NCBI GenBank assembly: GCA_031316235.1
Contig: JALDRA010000001.1
Location: 4,110,001-4,142,000, forward strand
DNA length: 32,000 nt
Direction: 5' to 3'
Source: Candidatus Scalindua sp.
GTDB taxonomy: Bacteria; Planctomycetota; Brocadiia; Brocadiales; Scalinduaceae
Shown: one piece after another, positions 8,178-19,393 of the stretch
Position numbering within the stretch: position 1 is the first letter of the stretch
How the letters are laid out: each line of letters opens with the position of its first letter
Translations under genes and position numbers: made by a program
The notes under the pieces: generated by a model
Told to the model about the DNA's origin: nothing
Database searches by the model: none
Seen by the model: the letters and a program-made list of their open reading frames with translations, nothing else

Positions 8178-10025
8178 TCACAGATGTGTGCCGCGCAATT
8201 GACTAACATCCCGAACCGCACCCCTATCAGCGCTCGTTGTCATAGCCGCATACGCACGAAGAGACTGCGATACTTTTCGTGCTCTCTTGCCAGGTTTCCA
8301 TGCTTCCTCACCTTTAGAATCCATCTTTTCACGTCTCTCATTTAACTCTGCATCAGAAATATCCAGATCAATCTTCCGATTGGGAATATCAATTTTAATA
8401 CTATCTCCCTCTTCTACCAGTCCAATAGCTCCTCCGGCAGCAGCTTCAGGAGAAATATGACAAATACTCAACCCTGAAGTCCCTCCGCTAAAACGTCCAT
8501 CTGTAATAAGTGCACACTCTTTCCCAAGATGTTTTGATTTTATATACGTAGTAGGATAGAGCATCTCCTGCATCCCCGGACCGCCTTTTGGACCTTCATA
8601 TCGAATCAGCACTATATCGCCAGCTTTTATTTTGTCTCCCAGTAATGATTCACACGCACTATCTTGAGAGTGGAATACCCTTGCCGGTCCTTCAAACTTG
8701 AAAAGACTCTCATCCACGCCAGCAGTTTTCACAATGCAGCCATCCTCTGCAATGTTTCCATAAAGAACACAAAGTCCGCCATCTTGACTATATGCATACT
8801 CTAAAGAACGGATGCAGCCGGTTTTATTGTCCGTATCAAGCGAGTCATACATTCTATCCTGCAAAAACGCCTTCGTAGTCTTCACACCGCCGGGTGCAGC
8901 TTTATAAAACTCTTCAGCAGAATTATTTTTCTGATATCGAAACCCGTATTTCTCAATCTGCTCGGCAAGTGTCATTCCACTTGCCATAATACAGCTCAAA
9001 TCAAGAATTCCCTCTTTTCTAGAGAGTTCTTCAAGAATTGCAATAATTCCACCAGCTCGATGGACATCTTCAATATGATAGTGTGATGAAGGTGCAACTT
9101 TTGAAAGTGTCGGAACCTGTCGAGATATTTCATCAATATCTTTCATGGTAAATTCAGTACCTGCTTCCTGAGCAACTGCAAGTATATGGAGAACTGTATT
9201 TGTTGATCCTCCCATTGCGATATCAAGGGCCATTGCATTTAGAAAAGCTTCCCTTTTCGCAATTGACCTTGGCAGAACAGATTCATCCCCATCAAAATAA
9301 TATTTTTTTGCCATTTCAACTATTCGAACAGCCGCTTTTTTAAAAAGTCCCCACCTGTTTTTGTGAGTAGCCACTATCGTTCCATTACCGGGAAGAGCAA
9401 GTCCAAGTGCTTCGTTCAGACAATTCATACTGTTAGCCGTAAACATCCCTGAACAGGAACCACAGGTAGGACATGCATTTTCTTCTATGTTCTTAACCTC
9501 TTCATCCGAAATGGTCTCATCCCCTGCAGACATCATTGCATCAATGAGGTCCAGTTTGTTACCACCGGTTTCACCAGCCTCCATAGGACCACCGGAAACA
9601 AAAATAGCAGGGATGTTCACTCTCATTGCCGCTATCATCATACCGGGAGTTATTTTGTCACAGTTACTGATACAGATCATCGCATCAGCACAATGAGCAT
9701 TAACCATGTATTCAACAGAATCAGCAATCAAATCTCTCGATGGTAGCGAATAGAGCATGCCGTCATGGCCCATCGCAATACCATCATCAATTGCAATTGT
9801 ATTAAATTCAATACCAAACCCACCGCTCCCATCTATGACTTCTTTGACCTGCTGTCCAACATCTTTCAGATGAACATGACCAGGTACAAACTGGGTAAAT
9901 GAGTTAACAATAGCAATAATAGGCTTACCAAAATCACTCTCACCCATCCCCGTGGCACGCCATAACGATCTTGCGCCAGCCATCAATCGACCTTCAGTAG
10001 ATATACTACTTCTCAATTTACCCAT
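8178..10025 (-). CDS. ilvD: Dihydroxy-acid dehydratase
   Basis: About 615 aa, with [12 protein letters not shown] and [16 protein letters not shown] Fe-S ligand motifs. The ATG at 10025 is preceded by AGGAG; the track start at 10028 is a TTG one codon upstream. Confidence 0.92.
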   Translation of the reverse strand: MGKLRSSISTEGRLMAGARSLWRATGMGESDFGKPIIAIVNSFTQFVPGHVHLKDVGQQVKEVIDGSGGFGIEFNTIAIDDGIAMGHDGMLYSLPSRDLIADSVEYMVNAHCADAMICISNCDKITPGMMIAAMRVNIPAIFVSGGPMEAGETGGNKLDLIDAMMSAGDETISDEEVKNIEENACPTCGSCSGMFTANSMNCLNEALGLALPGNGTIVATHKNRWGLFKKAAVRIVEMAKKYYFDGDESVLPRSIAKREAFLNAMALDIAMGGSTNTVLHILAVAQEAGTEFTMKDIDEISRQVPTLSKVAPSSHYHIEDVHRAGGIIAILEELSRKEGILDLSCIMASGMTLAEQIEKYGFRYQKNNSAEEFYKAAPGGVKTTKAFLQDRMYDSLDTDNKTGCIRSLEYAYSQDGGLCVLYGNIAEDGCIVKTAGVDESLFKFEGPARVFHSQDSACESLLGDKIKAGDIVLIRYEGPKGGPGMQEMLYPTTYIKSKHLGKECALITDGRFSGGTSGLSICHISPEAAAGGAIGLVEEGDSIKIDIPNRKIDLDISDAELNERREKMDSKGEEAWKPGKRARKVSQSLRAYAAMTTSADRGAVRDVSQLRGTHL

Positions 10026-10083
10026 CAATTTCTCCTGAAATTTATAATTCTTACCAAAAAATTATTACCCTTATTACCTAACG

Positions 10084-11382
10084 CTATAATAGTTCTACTA
10101 TTTCTGATATAGCTTTGGTAAGGAGGGACAAATCATCTTTATCAATGATGTAAGGTGGCATAATATAGATCAGGTTTCTGAATGGTCTTACCCAGACCCC
10201 TTTTTTTACAAATTCCTTTTGAAGCTGCGCAACATCCACCTCTTCCTTCATTTCAACAACACCTATGGCACCCAACACTCTTACCTCCTGCACAGCAGAA
10301 CGGCCAGCACACATCAATAACTCACGTTCCATTTGTTCCTCAATACTTTGCACCCTTTCCCGCCAGGGAGAACCCAGGAGCAGTCTCACACTTTCCACGG
10401 CAACAGCACAACTTAAAGGATTTGCCATGAAGGTAGGTCCATGCATAAAAACGCCTGGATCACCAGAAGAAATAACCTCACTGATCTCATCTGTTGCCAG
10501 TGTGGCAGCAAGCCCCATGTAACCACCAGTTAAAGCCTTGCCGAGACACATAATGTCCGGAAAAATCTCAGCATGTTCAGAAGCAAAGAGTTTCCCTGTT
10601 CTTCCAAACCCCGTTGCGATCTCATCCAGGATCAAAAGGACGTTATATTGATCACAAAGCGATCGCACATTTTTCAAATAATCAGGAGAATAAAACCGCA
10701 TACCACCTGCACCCTGAACAATCGGTTCAAGGATAACAGCTGCAATATTTTCACAATTTTTCTCAATGAGCCTCTTAAAAGAGGCGATGTCCTTTACCCT
10801 CCACTCATCCCTGAATTTACAGCCGGGAGCGTCTGCAAAATATTGCTCCGGAAAAGCATCCTGAAAAACATGATGCATCCCATTATCAGGGTCACATACG
10901 GACATGGCTTTAAATGTATCACCGTGATATCCGGAACGAATGGTCAATAATCTGTTTTTCTTTCGTTTTCCTTTTGTATACCAGTATTGAAGTGCCATTT
11001 TTATCGCTACTTCAACTGCCACCGATCCGCTGTCACAAAAAAATACTTTCTGTAACGGAGGAGGTGTTATCTCGATCAGCAGATCAGCGAGATAAACTGC
11101 CGGCTCATGAATGACACCTCCAAACATCACATGGGCCATTTTTGAAATCTGCTTTCCTGCTGCCGCGTTCAAAACAGGATGATTATAGCCATGAATTGCA
11201 CTCCACCATGAAGACATTCCATCTATCAACTCTCTTCCATCGGCCAACTTTAACCTGACACCTGTTGCGGAGACTATATGATACACAGGGAGAGGATTCT
11301 CAATAGAAGTATATGGATGCCAAATGTGCTTTTTATCAAACTCCAGCAGCTCCAACTCTTCAAATTTTGAACGTACCTGCAT
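10084..11382 (-). CDS. bioA: Adenosylmethionine-8-amino-7-oxononanoate aminotransferase
   Basis: 432 aa. HIWHPYTS N-terminus, SSWWSAIHGYNHP, DEIATGFGRTGKLFA, and PLP-lysine context LGKALTGGY. Confidence 0.9.
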   Translation of the reverse strand: MQVRSKFEELELLEFDKKHIWHPYTSIENPLPVYHIVSATGVRLKLADGRELIDGMSSWWSAIHGYNHPVLNAAAGKQISKMAHVMFGGVIHEPAVYLADLLIEITPPPLQKVFFCDSGSVAVEVAIKMALQYWYTKGKRKKNRLLTIRSGYHGDTFKAMSVCDPDNGMHHVFQDAFPEQYFADAPGCKFRDEWRVKDIASFKRLIEKNCENIAAVILEPIVQGAGGMRFYSPDYLKNVRSLCDQYNVLLILDEIATGFGRTGKLFASEHAEIFPDIMCLGKALTGGYMGLAATLATDEISEVISSGDPGVFMHGPTFMANPLSCAVAVESVRLLLGSPWRERVQSIEEQMERELLMCAGRSAVQEVRVLGAIGVVEMKEEVDVAQLQKEFVKKGVWVRPFRNLIYIMPPYIIDKDDLSLLTKAISEIVELL

Positions 11383-11417
11383 TTTTTTTATACTGAATGT
11401 CTCGTAAAACCTTTAAA

Positions 11418-11556
11418 TATACTCATCTTACAATGGTTTTCGGATAAAATCCGAGAGCAACCGGAGCGAGTAAAGTCCTCGGCGGTTTTTGTCCGGGGAT
11501 ACCATTAAACAGGTTCTGGTTTTAGAAAAATCTAAAACCAGATCAGTTTCTGTATA
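11418..11556 (-). repeat. Intergenic TATACT-repeat, copy B (variant hairpin 1)
   Basis: tatactcatcttacaatggttttcggataaaatccgag...gtccggggatacc...ctggttttagaaaaatctaaaaccag...ctgtata. The proximal end is 35 nt from the bioA start. Confidence 0.9.
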
Positions 11557-11660
11557 CCTGTGTCTCCAAAAGTATGAGACTACCTATCAACTCCACCCAT
11601 GTTGCCCTATCAATCGGCGTATAATCGGGTTTGATAAATGATACAAAAGCGAATTACGGT

Positions 11661-11867
11661 TCATGATGATTTTGGAAAGAACTGATCTTGTACCGCAAAA
11701 CAGGCACCATCATCTTTCGAAGGGATATAGGCACCGATTGGACACAGGACCTTGCTGTCTTCATTACAACGTATGATAATCTTCCATAATGCATCAAGTC
11801 CCTCCTTCTCGTGTTCGCTCTCCGGAATCATTTTAATCATTGACTGGCTTTCAATTGAAATTTTCAT
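11661..11867 (-). CDS. Small hypothetical protein (68 aa)
   Basis: The internal ATG at 11867 is preceded by AGGA. The longer track ORF (to 11957) starts in AT-rich spacer. No motif recognised. Confidence 0.35.
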   Translation of the reverse strand: MKISIESQSMIKMIPESEHEKEGLDALWKIIIRCNEDSKVLCPIGAYIPSKDDGACFAVQDQFFPKSS

Positions 11868-12111
11868 GGCAAAAAATCCTTTCCTTTTTTCTAATTCGTT
11901 ATAGATACATGATTTACTTATAGTATAACATTTTACTACTGCTAACAACAATTTCAATTAAAAACATTGTAACCAGAGAGTAAAAACAAATAGTATTTGT
12001 TAACAGATAAAAAATCCTGTTTAATATACGTATTAAATAGGTTGAAGAGAGGGGCATCTTCGTTACCTTTTTTCCTCGCTATAACAACCAGGTAAAGTTT
12101 GAAGATTAATT

Positions 12112-12486
12112 ATGAAAAAACATGCAAAGAGATTTTTACATATTGTTGATGATGCCAAAAGCAGAATTAAGGAAACAAGTATCGAAGATGTCAAAGCAAG
12201 AGCAGAACGTGGCGACACCTTTTATTTAGTAGACGTCCGTGAAGAGAGTGAATGGAATAAGGGACATATAACGAATGCCATTTATATCGGTAAAGGGGTA
12301 ATTGAGAGGGATATAGAAAAAACTATTACAAATATGGGATCAGAAATCATCCTTTACTGTGGCGGAGGATTTCGTTCCGCATTGGCTGCTGATTCTTTAC
12401 AAAAAATGGGATATTCAAATGTCTATTCAATGGCCGGTGGATATAGTGGCTGGGTTGAAGCAGGATATCCGGTTGAAACGGGATAA
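12112..12486 (+). CDS. Rhodanese-domain sulfurtransferase
   Basis: 124 aa. LVDVREESEW..GHI and active-site loop YCGGGFRS. Confidence 0.85.
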   Translation: MKKHAKRFLHIVDDAKSRIKETSIEDVKARAERGDTFYLVDVREESEWNKGHITNAIYIGKGVIERDIEKTITNMGSEIILYCGGGFRSALAADSLQKMGYSNVYSMAGGYSGWVEAGYPVETG

Positions 12487-12571
12487 GGGTCCTGTCTTTA
12501 ACCCCATGTCAAAACTATACCTGATCAGGCTCTTGAACGAAAACACCGTAGTTCAACAAAAAGTGTCCAGA

Positions 12572-12711
12572 AATACTAAAGCCGATCTGGTTTTCGATTT
12601 TACCGGAAACAAAATCCTGGTGAAGGTGTCCCCGGACAAAAAGCGCCGAGGACTTGTACTCACTCAATTTTTTCTCGGATTGTATCCGAAATCCAGTATG
12701 AGATGAGTATA
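12572..12711 (+). repeat. Intergenic TATACT-repeat, copy C (full length)
   Basis: aatactaaagccgatctggttttcgattttaccggaaacaaaatcctggtgaaggtgtccccggacaaaaagcgccgaggacttgtactcactc...ctcggattgtatccgaaatccagtatgagatgagtata. Confidence 0.9.
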
Positions 12712-13042
12712 CAGGGAGCGATAATTTTATAACCAGATCATGCTGATGTGCCTGAGGGTTGCAGAATTATTCCCGAAGTGCATTAGATGAGTAGTTTGCG
12801 TTCAACTACCGCATATTAGTTTTTCTCACCAGATAAGCGGCATCTTTCCCAAACACTGCTTTGGAAAAGACTTGAATTCTAGTTTACTTTTTCAATGAAA
12901 TCAATTACATTACGGGATATTGCTCATACTCACCAGCCTTCTCATGTATGAGAGATTGAACTCAATTCCTTACGTAATCATAAAAATAAATAAAATAATT
13001 CGTTGAAAGCTATCTTTTTCTAAACGTTTTTAGGAGAAAACC

Positions 13043-14107
13043 GTGAAACACTTAGTCATTTCAATAATGGTTTGCCTTGTCTTAATCGGATGCACACATA
13101 AGCAAGTCAATAGTTCGGGCTCTTACATTCAGAACCGAGTAGCCGTTTTTAAGGGAGAAAAGCATTTAAAAAACATCAGGCAGCTAACATTTGGGGGTGA
13201 GAATGCTGAAGCGTATTTTTCTTTCAATGCAGATAAACTTGTTTTTCAATCAACACGAGATGATATGGAGTGTGATGCAATCTTTACGATGAATATAGAT
13301 GGTACTGATGTGAAGATGGTTTCATCGGGCAAGGGCTCTACTACCTGTTCTTTCATAGCACCTGACAACAAGTCCCTCATTTATGCATCAACTCATCTGG
13401 CAGGTGATGAATGCCCCCCCAAAGCGGATATGTCGCAAGGTTATGTCTGGGCTTTATATAAAAGCTACGATATTTTCAAAGCTGATATGAATGGTACAAA
13501 TATCACCCGCCTGACTGATACTCCAGGATACGATGCCGAGGCAGTATATTCTCCGAAAGGAGATAAAATCATCTTTACGTCAGTTCGAACAGGCGATCTG
13601 GAACTGTTCATAATGGATCCGAATGGTTCTAATGTTGAGCAGGTGACAGATATTCCCGGTTACGATGGTGGAGCCTTCTTTTCTCTTGACGGAGAATGGA
13701 TATGCTGGAGGGCATCCAGACCCCAGGGAGAAGAACTCGAAGACTATAAGAATCTTCTTAAAGACGGTTTGATCAGACCAACTAAGCTTGAAATCTACGT
13801 TATGAATCTCAAAGAACTCAATCCCATTCAGCTGACCAATAACGGTGCCGCTAACTTCGGCCCCTATTTCCACCCTGACGGTAAAAAAGTTATTTTTGCT
13901 TCAAATATGGATGACCCGGAAAAGCGGAATTTTGATCTGTATATGGTTGACATAAAAACCATGAAAATCAGACGTTTAACGTATAACCCGACATTCGATG
14001 GATTTCCCATGTTCAGCCATGACGGGAAAAAACTGGTTTTTGCTTCAAATCGCAACAACTCCCAACAGGGTGAAACAAATATATTTATAGCCGACTGGAT
14101 AGATTGA
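13043..14107 (+). CDS. TolB-like WD40/PD40 beta-propeller lipoprotein
   Basis: 354 aa. GTG start 6 nt after AGGAG. Lipobox LIGC. Repeated PD40-type segments (YSPKGDKIIFTS, FHPDGKKVIFAS, FSHDGKKLVFASNR). Confidence 0.8.
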   Translation: MKHLVISIMVCLVLIGCTHKQVNSSGSYIQNRVAVFKGEKHLKNIRQLTFGGENAEAYFSFNADKLVFQSTRDDMECDAIFTMNIDGTDVKMVSSGKGSTTCSFIAPDNKSLIYASTHLAGDECPPKADMSQGYVWALYKSYDIFKADMNGTNITRLTDTPGYDAEAVYSPKGDKIIFTSVRTGDLELFIMDPNGSNVEQVTDIPGYDGGAFFSLDGEWICWRASRPQGEELEDYKNLLKDGLIRPTKLEIYVMNLKELNPIQLTNNGAANFGPYFHPDGKKVIFASNMDDPEKRNFDLYMVDIKTMKIRRLTYNPTFDGFPMFSHDGKKLVFASNRNNSQQGETNIFIADWID

Positions 14108-14286
14108 TTGGTTTATTAAGGAAAAGTTTAGACGGGATGTACAGAACAGTCTGGATTATTTCCTTTTACAATGTCTGACCTGTCCGACATGCTTTTTCCA
14201 ACGAGAACGGTTTCGTTTTGTTTGGCAGCACAGGTCAGCACTATGATCTTTGACGAGACGTATAAGTTTGGTAAGTAATATTCCTT

Positions 14287-14976
14287 ATGAGCAATGTAAC
14301 AAGACCGGATCATATTGGCCACCGCCAGAGGATAAAGGAAAAATACGGGAAGTCCGGGATGGAAGGCTGGCAGGACTACGAAGTTTTAGAATTACTTTTA
14401 TCATATGCCATTCCTCGTAAGGATACGAAACCGATAGCGAAAGAGTTGATTGCCCGCTTTAAGACATTCAATGGTGTTCTGGATGCTGACAGAAAAGAAT
14501 TAGAGAGCGTAAGCGGGTTGTCAAAACATTCGGCTCTGTTTTTAAACTTGCTCAAGGACATCTCTATCCTTTACATGGAGAAAGGCATTCACAGAAGGGA
14601 CTTGCTTTCATCCCCCCAGGCTGTCTGCAATTATTTAATGGCTGCCTTAAAGGGATTATCAGATGAAGAGTTCAGGATGTTATTTTTGGATAGCCGCAAT
14701 CAGTTGATAGCAATGGAGGTGTTAAAAACAGGTACCGTAAATCGTGCGTATGTTTTTCCGCGAAAAATCGTGGAACGTGCACTATATCATCATGCGGTGG
14801 GTGTTGTGATTGCCCATAACCACCCTTCCGGGTCATTAAAACCTTCTCCGGAGGATCAGGGGATAACAAGGGATATTAGAGAAGCTTTAAAAACAGTAGA
14901 TATTGCTTTGCTTGATCATATTATCATTGCAGGTAATGAATTTTTTAGTTTTAGAGAACATCGGATTTCAATCTAA
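14287..14976 (+). CDS. radC: RadC-family JAB-domain protein
   Basis: 229 aa. HRQR.. N-terminus with a helix-hairpin-helix region, and the JAMM motif VIAHNHPSGSLKPSPED. Confidence 0.85.
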   Translation: MSNVTRPDHIGHRQRIKEKYGKSGMEGWQDYEVLELLLSYAIPRKDTKPIAKELIARFKTFNGVLDADRKELESVSGLSKHSALFLNLLKDISILYMEKGIHRRDLLSSPQAVCNYLMAALKGLSDEEFRMLFLDSRNQLIAMEVLKTGTVNRAYVFPRKIVERALYHHAVGVVIAHNHPSGSLKPSPEDQGITRDIREALKTVDIALLDHIIIAGNEFFSFREHRISI

Positions 14977-15097
14977 GGAAAGACAACTATACTCGTTCTG
15001 GCTCCAGGGGGTTAAGGTCATTTGATTCCGTGTCAAATCATAAAAACGGGGAGAAAGAAGGCTTATCTTTTGCGGCCTCCGCCTCTGATCCACAGAA

Positions 15098-18000
15098 TTA
15101 CCTGGCAACTACCTTCGCAGCTACGGAGTACTCTCTGTCATCGCGCATAAAAACGATCGTGATCTCGTTACCTGCCTGTAACGACTTTAAGACATCGGAA
15201 TAAGTTTGCAGGTCTTCGATTGCGGTGTCTTCGATCCGAACAATAATATCGCCCTTCTGAAGACCAGCTTGAACTGCCGGTGTATCTGGGGTAACCCCCT
15301 CAAGGCGAACTCCTTTACCGGTATAGGTAAAGTCCGGAACACTACCCAGGATTATTCGTCTTGAAGTATGCTGTTGCTTTTTTTTCTGGTTTGTACTCTC
15401 TTTTGCAGCAGTCAGTGTTGAGGTCAGAGGTTCGGGTCTGGCAGCAAGGTATTCAACCACTTCCTTCAGGATTGCAGCAGTCTTTACCAGGCCTGCCGTA
15501 TCAATCCTGTCAACAGTATCTGTTGGACGATGATAATTGTCGCGTGCACCGCTGAAGAGATGTACCGCGGGCACACCGGCGTCGAGAAAACTTTTCTCAT
15601 CTCCGTTGCCGGTATCTATGGTTGATTGCTTGATTTCCACACCGGTTACGTAACCGGCACCACGAAAGATATGTACCCATTCGCGAGCAGAGTAGCTGCC
15701 GAATATAGTCAGGGCATCTTTACCTAACTGGCCGACTGTATCAATATTGATCATCGCCATGGCCTTGGAGACTGGATATTTCTTTGCATGACCGATGTAA
15801 TGCAATGAGCCGAGCTTTCCGGCCTCCTCTGCGCTGAAGGCTACGAATACAATTGTGCGTTCAGGCTGCCATTTTTTCCCAACCAGGCGGGCAAATTCCA
15901 GTAAAACGGAGATACCACTGCCATTATCGTCGGCACCGGGGTGTATTTTACCTTCGTTGCCTTTAAGGACGTCAGGCCAACCGCGCCCGTGAGAATCATA
16001 GTGGGCGCCGATAACCACGCTCTCTCCCTCCCATTGAGGATTTTTACCCGGTATAATTCCTATTACATTCTTTATAGTTAAGGCAACTTGCTCCGGCATA
16101 TTTACCTGTTCTATCCATGTCTGAAAATAATCATCCACATCATCCCCGCAGGGCAGTAATCCGGCATCAGAAAACTGTTTCGCGATATAGTCTGAGGCCT
16201 TATCTATTCCGGGAGTACCCAGGCCTCTTCCCTCCAGCTCGTCAGAAGCGAGGTACTTGATATCCTTTAACATTCTCATTTCAGAAAAAACGGGAGGTAA
16301 TTGCGCAAGGGCTGCACGTGGTGCAAGCATGGCTGCCGTTGATTTCACTTCTGTACCGTCACTTTGCAGAACAGCAATCGACATGGGTGAATTAACTACA
16401 GGCCATTGACCCTTGAAGACATTGGCAGGTTCATCACCGGTAAAACCAAGGTAGCTGTATCTGTTGTAATGTGGGAGTTTTCTTCCCAGACCCGGCATTG
16501 CTGTTACATTATCCGTGGCAAGCCAGGCCAGTGCCTGTGCGCTGTTGGAAGGGTGCCGTGCCATAACAACAATAGAGTGCTGCTTACGTTCAAGCTCGGT
16601 ACCATCTATCTGTATTTGATTTTCGTTGCCATCGTAAACATAGTCTGAAAGCGCCTTGTTGACCATGGAACGAAAACGGTTTTCCCAGCCAAACAACCAC
16701 ACGGCACGATCTGTTGGCAATTCATCAAGCTCATTATCCAGCTTAATCTCTAACTGGGAAGAGCTTCCTTTCTTCCATCCTTTTGCCAGATCTTGATAAG
16801 CAAGACGTATAGATTCCGGCGCAGTTGCAGGCAAAACCACCAGAACCTGTTCTGCACCAAAGACCTGGCTTATGGCTGGCGGAGTTTCATTATGATCCAA
16901 TGTTCGGAAGACGTCAAATTCCGGGTCAACATCCAGGCGTACAGGACGTGCAGGAAGATTGAGTTCCAGATTGTATTGTTTCGCATCAACTTCAATGCTG
17001 GTCTGGAACGCGTTTGCAACATTTTCCATGTGAACGGCAATTGGCAACCTTAACCGGTACGGCACTTCTTCCTGAATCTGTTCAATTGTGGCCGAAAGGA
17101 CGTAACTATCACCTTGCCGTCTCGCAGCAGCCCGGCTTAATCTCAGGGAGGGTGCCCCGGTCTTCTTTACCCACTGTTCGAACATCAATTCCAGATGATC
17201 TTCCGTTACACTATTGAAGGTTGTTTCGACTTCATCAAAGGAAGTTATCTTAAACTGGTATTTTCTATAGAATTGACGTAGCGCCTTAATAAAGAGCTGA
17301 TCGCCCAGTTGGCAGCGGAGCATATGAAACAACATCATGGTCTTACCGTAACCTACTGCCTCGGTGACGGCACTATGGCGTGAACGAAATTCGGTAAGAG
17401 GAAAATCTTTGTTAGCCGTTACATAGTTGGTGTATTTTTGCAGCACCGAACGACGGTATTCAACCGCCTCGCCACGTTGCTCCTTTATGAGATGATCAGC
17501 AAGATACGTTGTCAGCCCTTCGGCCCAATTGCCTTTCTCATAATCAGTATATACTCCATTTCCCCACCAGTTATGCAGAATCTCATGGGGATAAGATGAA
17601 TGGAGGATAAAAGGAAAACGAATGACCCTGGAGCCAAGCAGAGTAAAAGATGGCATACCATAACCTGTTTCCCAGAAATTCTCTACGAGGGCGAACTTTT
17701 TATAGGGATACGGACCGAGAAGTTTCCGGTACATCTCAAGATACTGTGCTGTTGTATCAAGATACTTTTGTGCAAGCTGGGAATCCGGCTGTCGCAGGAA
17801 GGCCATGGCATCCACAACACCTGCTGCCTGGCCATATTCAGTAAACTCTGCGGCTATGAGGTAAATCTCCTCCTGAGGCTTTTCCATCACCCATTCATCC
17901 CTCCGGAATTCTTTGGCGGTATCATGTTTATTGCGTTCACCCTGGCTTACAGATACCCAGCCTGGCGGCAATTTAACAGCCATGCTGAATGTCACCAGTT

Positions 18001-18511
18001 CATTTACAAAATATGGATACCAGAAGCTTGTCCCGCTCATGAATACACCTTCCGGGGAAATAATACCAGATGTCACACTGAAGCTGCGTGCGTAATCCTC
18101 TCCATATTCCTTCACCGGATGAAAAACCTCGCCCTCATATTTGAGTGTAAATTGAGTCGTTCCCGGTGGCAATTTCAGTTCAAAGAGCTCCAATGGAATA
18201 GAAGCATGCTGAAGGGATGGATTGTTACTATAGAATTTCCCTGCTTCAGGTCCAAAACATTTCCTGAGAACAACTCCTTTGTCCATGACCTCAGGTTTGA
18301 GTCCCTGATGAAGCACAAAATTAAAAAGCTCTGTGTGTTTTAATTCTGAGGACAATGAGATTTTATCAACGATCTCAACCCGGTGGCGTTCCGGATACAA
18401 CGCAACATCAAGATCGTGGTTGATCTGGCCGAATGTAGTCGGCGATACAATCAGAACAAAGAGAGCCGTTGGTAAAAAGCGCCGACAAAATTGGTTTAAA
18501 TGGTAATTCAC
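15098..18511 (-). CDS. Secreted multidomain peptidase: M1 aminopeptidase domain + M28 domain + C-terminal PDZ
   Basis: 1137 aa. GTG start and signal peptide. M1 motif HEILHNWWGNG...WAEGLTTY. M28 motifs GAHYDSHG, ADDNGSG, SAEEAG, NIDTVG. PDZ-like GLQKGDIIVRIED. Confidence 0.85.
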   Translation of the reverse strand: MNYHLNQFCRRFLPTALFVLIVSPTTFGQINHDLDVALYPERHRVEIVDKISLSSELKHTELFNFVLHQGLKPEVMDKGVVLRKCFGPEAGKFYSNNPSLQHASIPLELFELKLPPGTTQFTLKYEGEVFHPVKEYGEDYARSFSVTSGIISPEGVFMSGTSFWYPYFVNELVTFSMAVKLPPGWVSVSQGERNKHDTAKEFRRDEWVMEKPQEEIYLIAAEFTEYGQAAGVVDAMAFLRQPDSQLAQKYLDTTAQYLEMYRKLLGPYPYKKFALVENFWETGYGMPSFTLLGSRVIRFPFILHSSYPHEILHNWWGNGVYTDYEKGNWAEGLTTYLADHLIKEQRGEAVEYRRSVLQKYTNYVTANKDFPLTEFRSRHSAVTEAVGYGKTMMLFHMLRCQLGDQLFIKALRQFYRKYQFKITSFDEVETTFNSVTEDHLELMFEQWVKKTGAPSLRLSRAAARRQGDSYVLSATIEQIQEEVPYRLRLPIAVHMENVANAFQTSIEVDAKQYNLELNLPARPVRLDVDPEFDVFRTLDHNETPPAISQVFGAEQVLVVLPATAPESIRLAYQDLAKGWKKGSSSQLEIKLDNELDELPTDRAVWLFGWENRFRSMVNKALSDYVYDGNENQIQIDGTELERKQHSIVVMARHPSNSAQALAWLATDNVTAMPGLGRKLPHYNRYSYLGFTGDEPANVFKGQWPVVNSPMSIAVLQSDGTEVKSTAAMLAPRAALAQLPPVFSEMRMLKDIKYLASDELEGRGLGTPGIDKASDYIAKQFSDAGLLPCGDDVDDYFQTWIEQVNMPEQVALTIKNVIGIIPGKNPQWEGESVVIGAHYDSHGRGWPDVLKGNEGKIHPGADDNGSGISVLLEFARLVGKKWQPERTIVFVAFSAEEAGKLGSLHYIGHAKKYPVSKAMAMINIDTVGQLGKDALTIFGSYSAREWVHIFRGAGYVTGVEIKQSTIDTGNGDEKSFLDAGVPAVHLFSGARDNYHRPTDTVDRIDTAGLVKTAAILKEVVEYLAARPEPLTSTLTAAKESTNQKKKQQHTSRRIILGSVPDFTYTGKGVRLEGVTPDTPAVQAGLQKGDIIVRIEDTAIEDLQTYSDVLKSLQAGNEITIVFMRDDREYSVAAKVVAR

Positions 18512-18518
18512 TTGATTA

Positions 18519-18631
18519 TATACTCATCGTATAATGGATTTCGGACTAAATCCGGGAAAAACGGAGCGAGCCTGACGGCAAACCCGTCTTTGGATTTTAG
18601 AAAAATCTATAACCATACCGGTTTTAGTATA
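18519..18631 (-). repeat. Intergenic TATACT-repeat, copy D (divergent centre, variant hairpin 1)
   Basis: tatactcatcgtataatggatttcggactaaatccggg...ggattttagaaaaatctataacc...ggttttagtata. The proximal end is 7 nt from the GTG start of the peptidase. Confidence 0.85.
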
Positions 18632-18873
18632 CTCCAATAAGAAAACAGTATCCTTATAAATTGTAAGGTTTACCATTGAGTTGTCAACCATATTAAAGTT
18701 AACTATTTGATGATCTATGCTTACGATGCTGTCGGGCATGGAACACTTCTCTTCTCAATTCATCGATACATGAATACAGGCTGCCATGTTTCAGTCTTTG
18801 TCACCATATACATCTGTATGATTGAGTCATTCATAAAAAAAAGCTACAAGAGATAACTAAATATCAAACCAGC

Positions 18874-18985
18874 TATACTAAAACCTATCTGGTTTTCGGT
18901 TTTACCGGAAACCAAATCTTGGTGAAGGTATACTCGCTCAAATTTATCTCGGATTTTATCCGAAAACCATTATGAGATGAGTATA
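18874..18985 (+). repeat. Intergenic TATACT-repeat, copy E (lacks the 28-nt GC-rich block)
   Basis: tatactaaaacctatctggttttcggttttaccggaaaccaaatcttggtgaaggta|tactcgctcaaatttatctcggattttatccgaaaaccattatgagatgagtata. Confidence 0.9.
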
Positions 18986-19393
18986 TCCTTAAACAGTGTA
19001 ACAGAAAGGAACACTATTGTTACATTACCAACAATACTTCCTTCTTCATACAATCAGTTCAAATTATAACGTACAGAAATGGTTATCTTTAGAGCAGTAT
19101 TTGATGTGTAATGTATTTTATCAAAACAATGGTATGAATATTGCGTAAAATCAATAAAATACTATAAAAATCAAAAAACCCATCTCTCAATCTTCTTCAT
19201 TAAAAAAGGAGCCTTTAACGTTACTATCAGGAAAAAACAGGTTTGTCCTAGCACCATTTAGTCTTGCAGTAAATCAACTTAAGAAAAACAAAGAGATAAT
19301 GAAAAAGTTTTCTGATAAAGGTTATGCTAAAAAGGATAGTGAAATACCGTACTAATACCAGGATGATGCCCTGTCACGGCTGCATTATAAAAG

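Noticed and set aside
15035-15070. A hairpin (ATTTGA...TCAAAT) between the convergent radC and peptidase genes as a bidirectional intrinsic terminator
   Set aside because: The stem is short and AT-rich, and no U-run follows on either strand. It is not strong enough to call.
17600-18343. Long antisense or overlapping ORFs, for example 17600..18343, 24424..25077, 23751..24104, 27276..27986, 4034..4492, 2770..3051, 10573..10950
   Set aside because: These are shadow ORFs inside well-supported genes on the opposite strand or in another frame. They have low-complexity or unnatural composition and are most frequent in the GC-rich kinase gene, as expected by chance.
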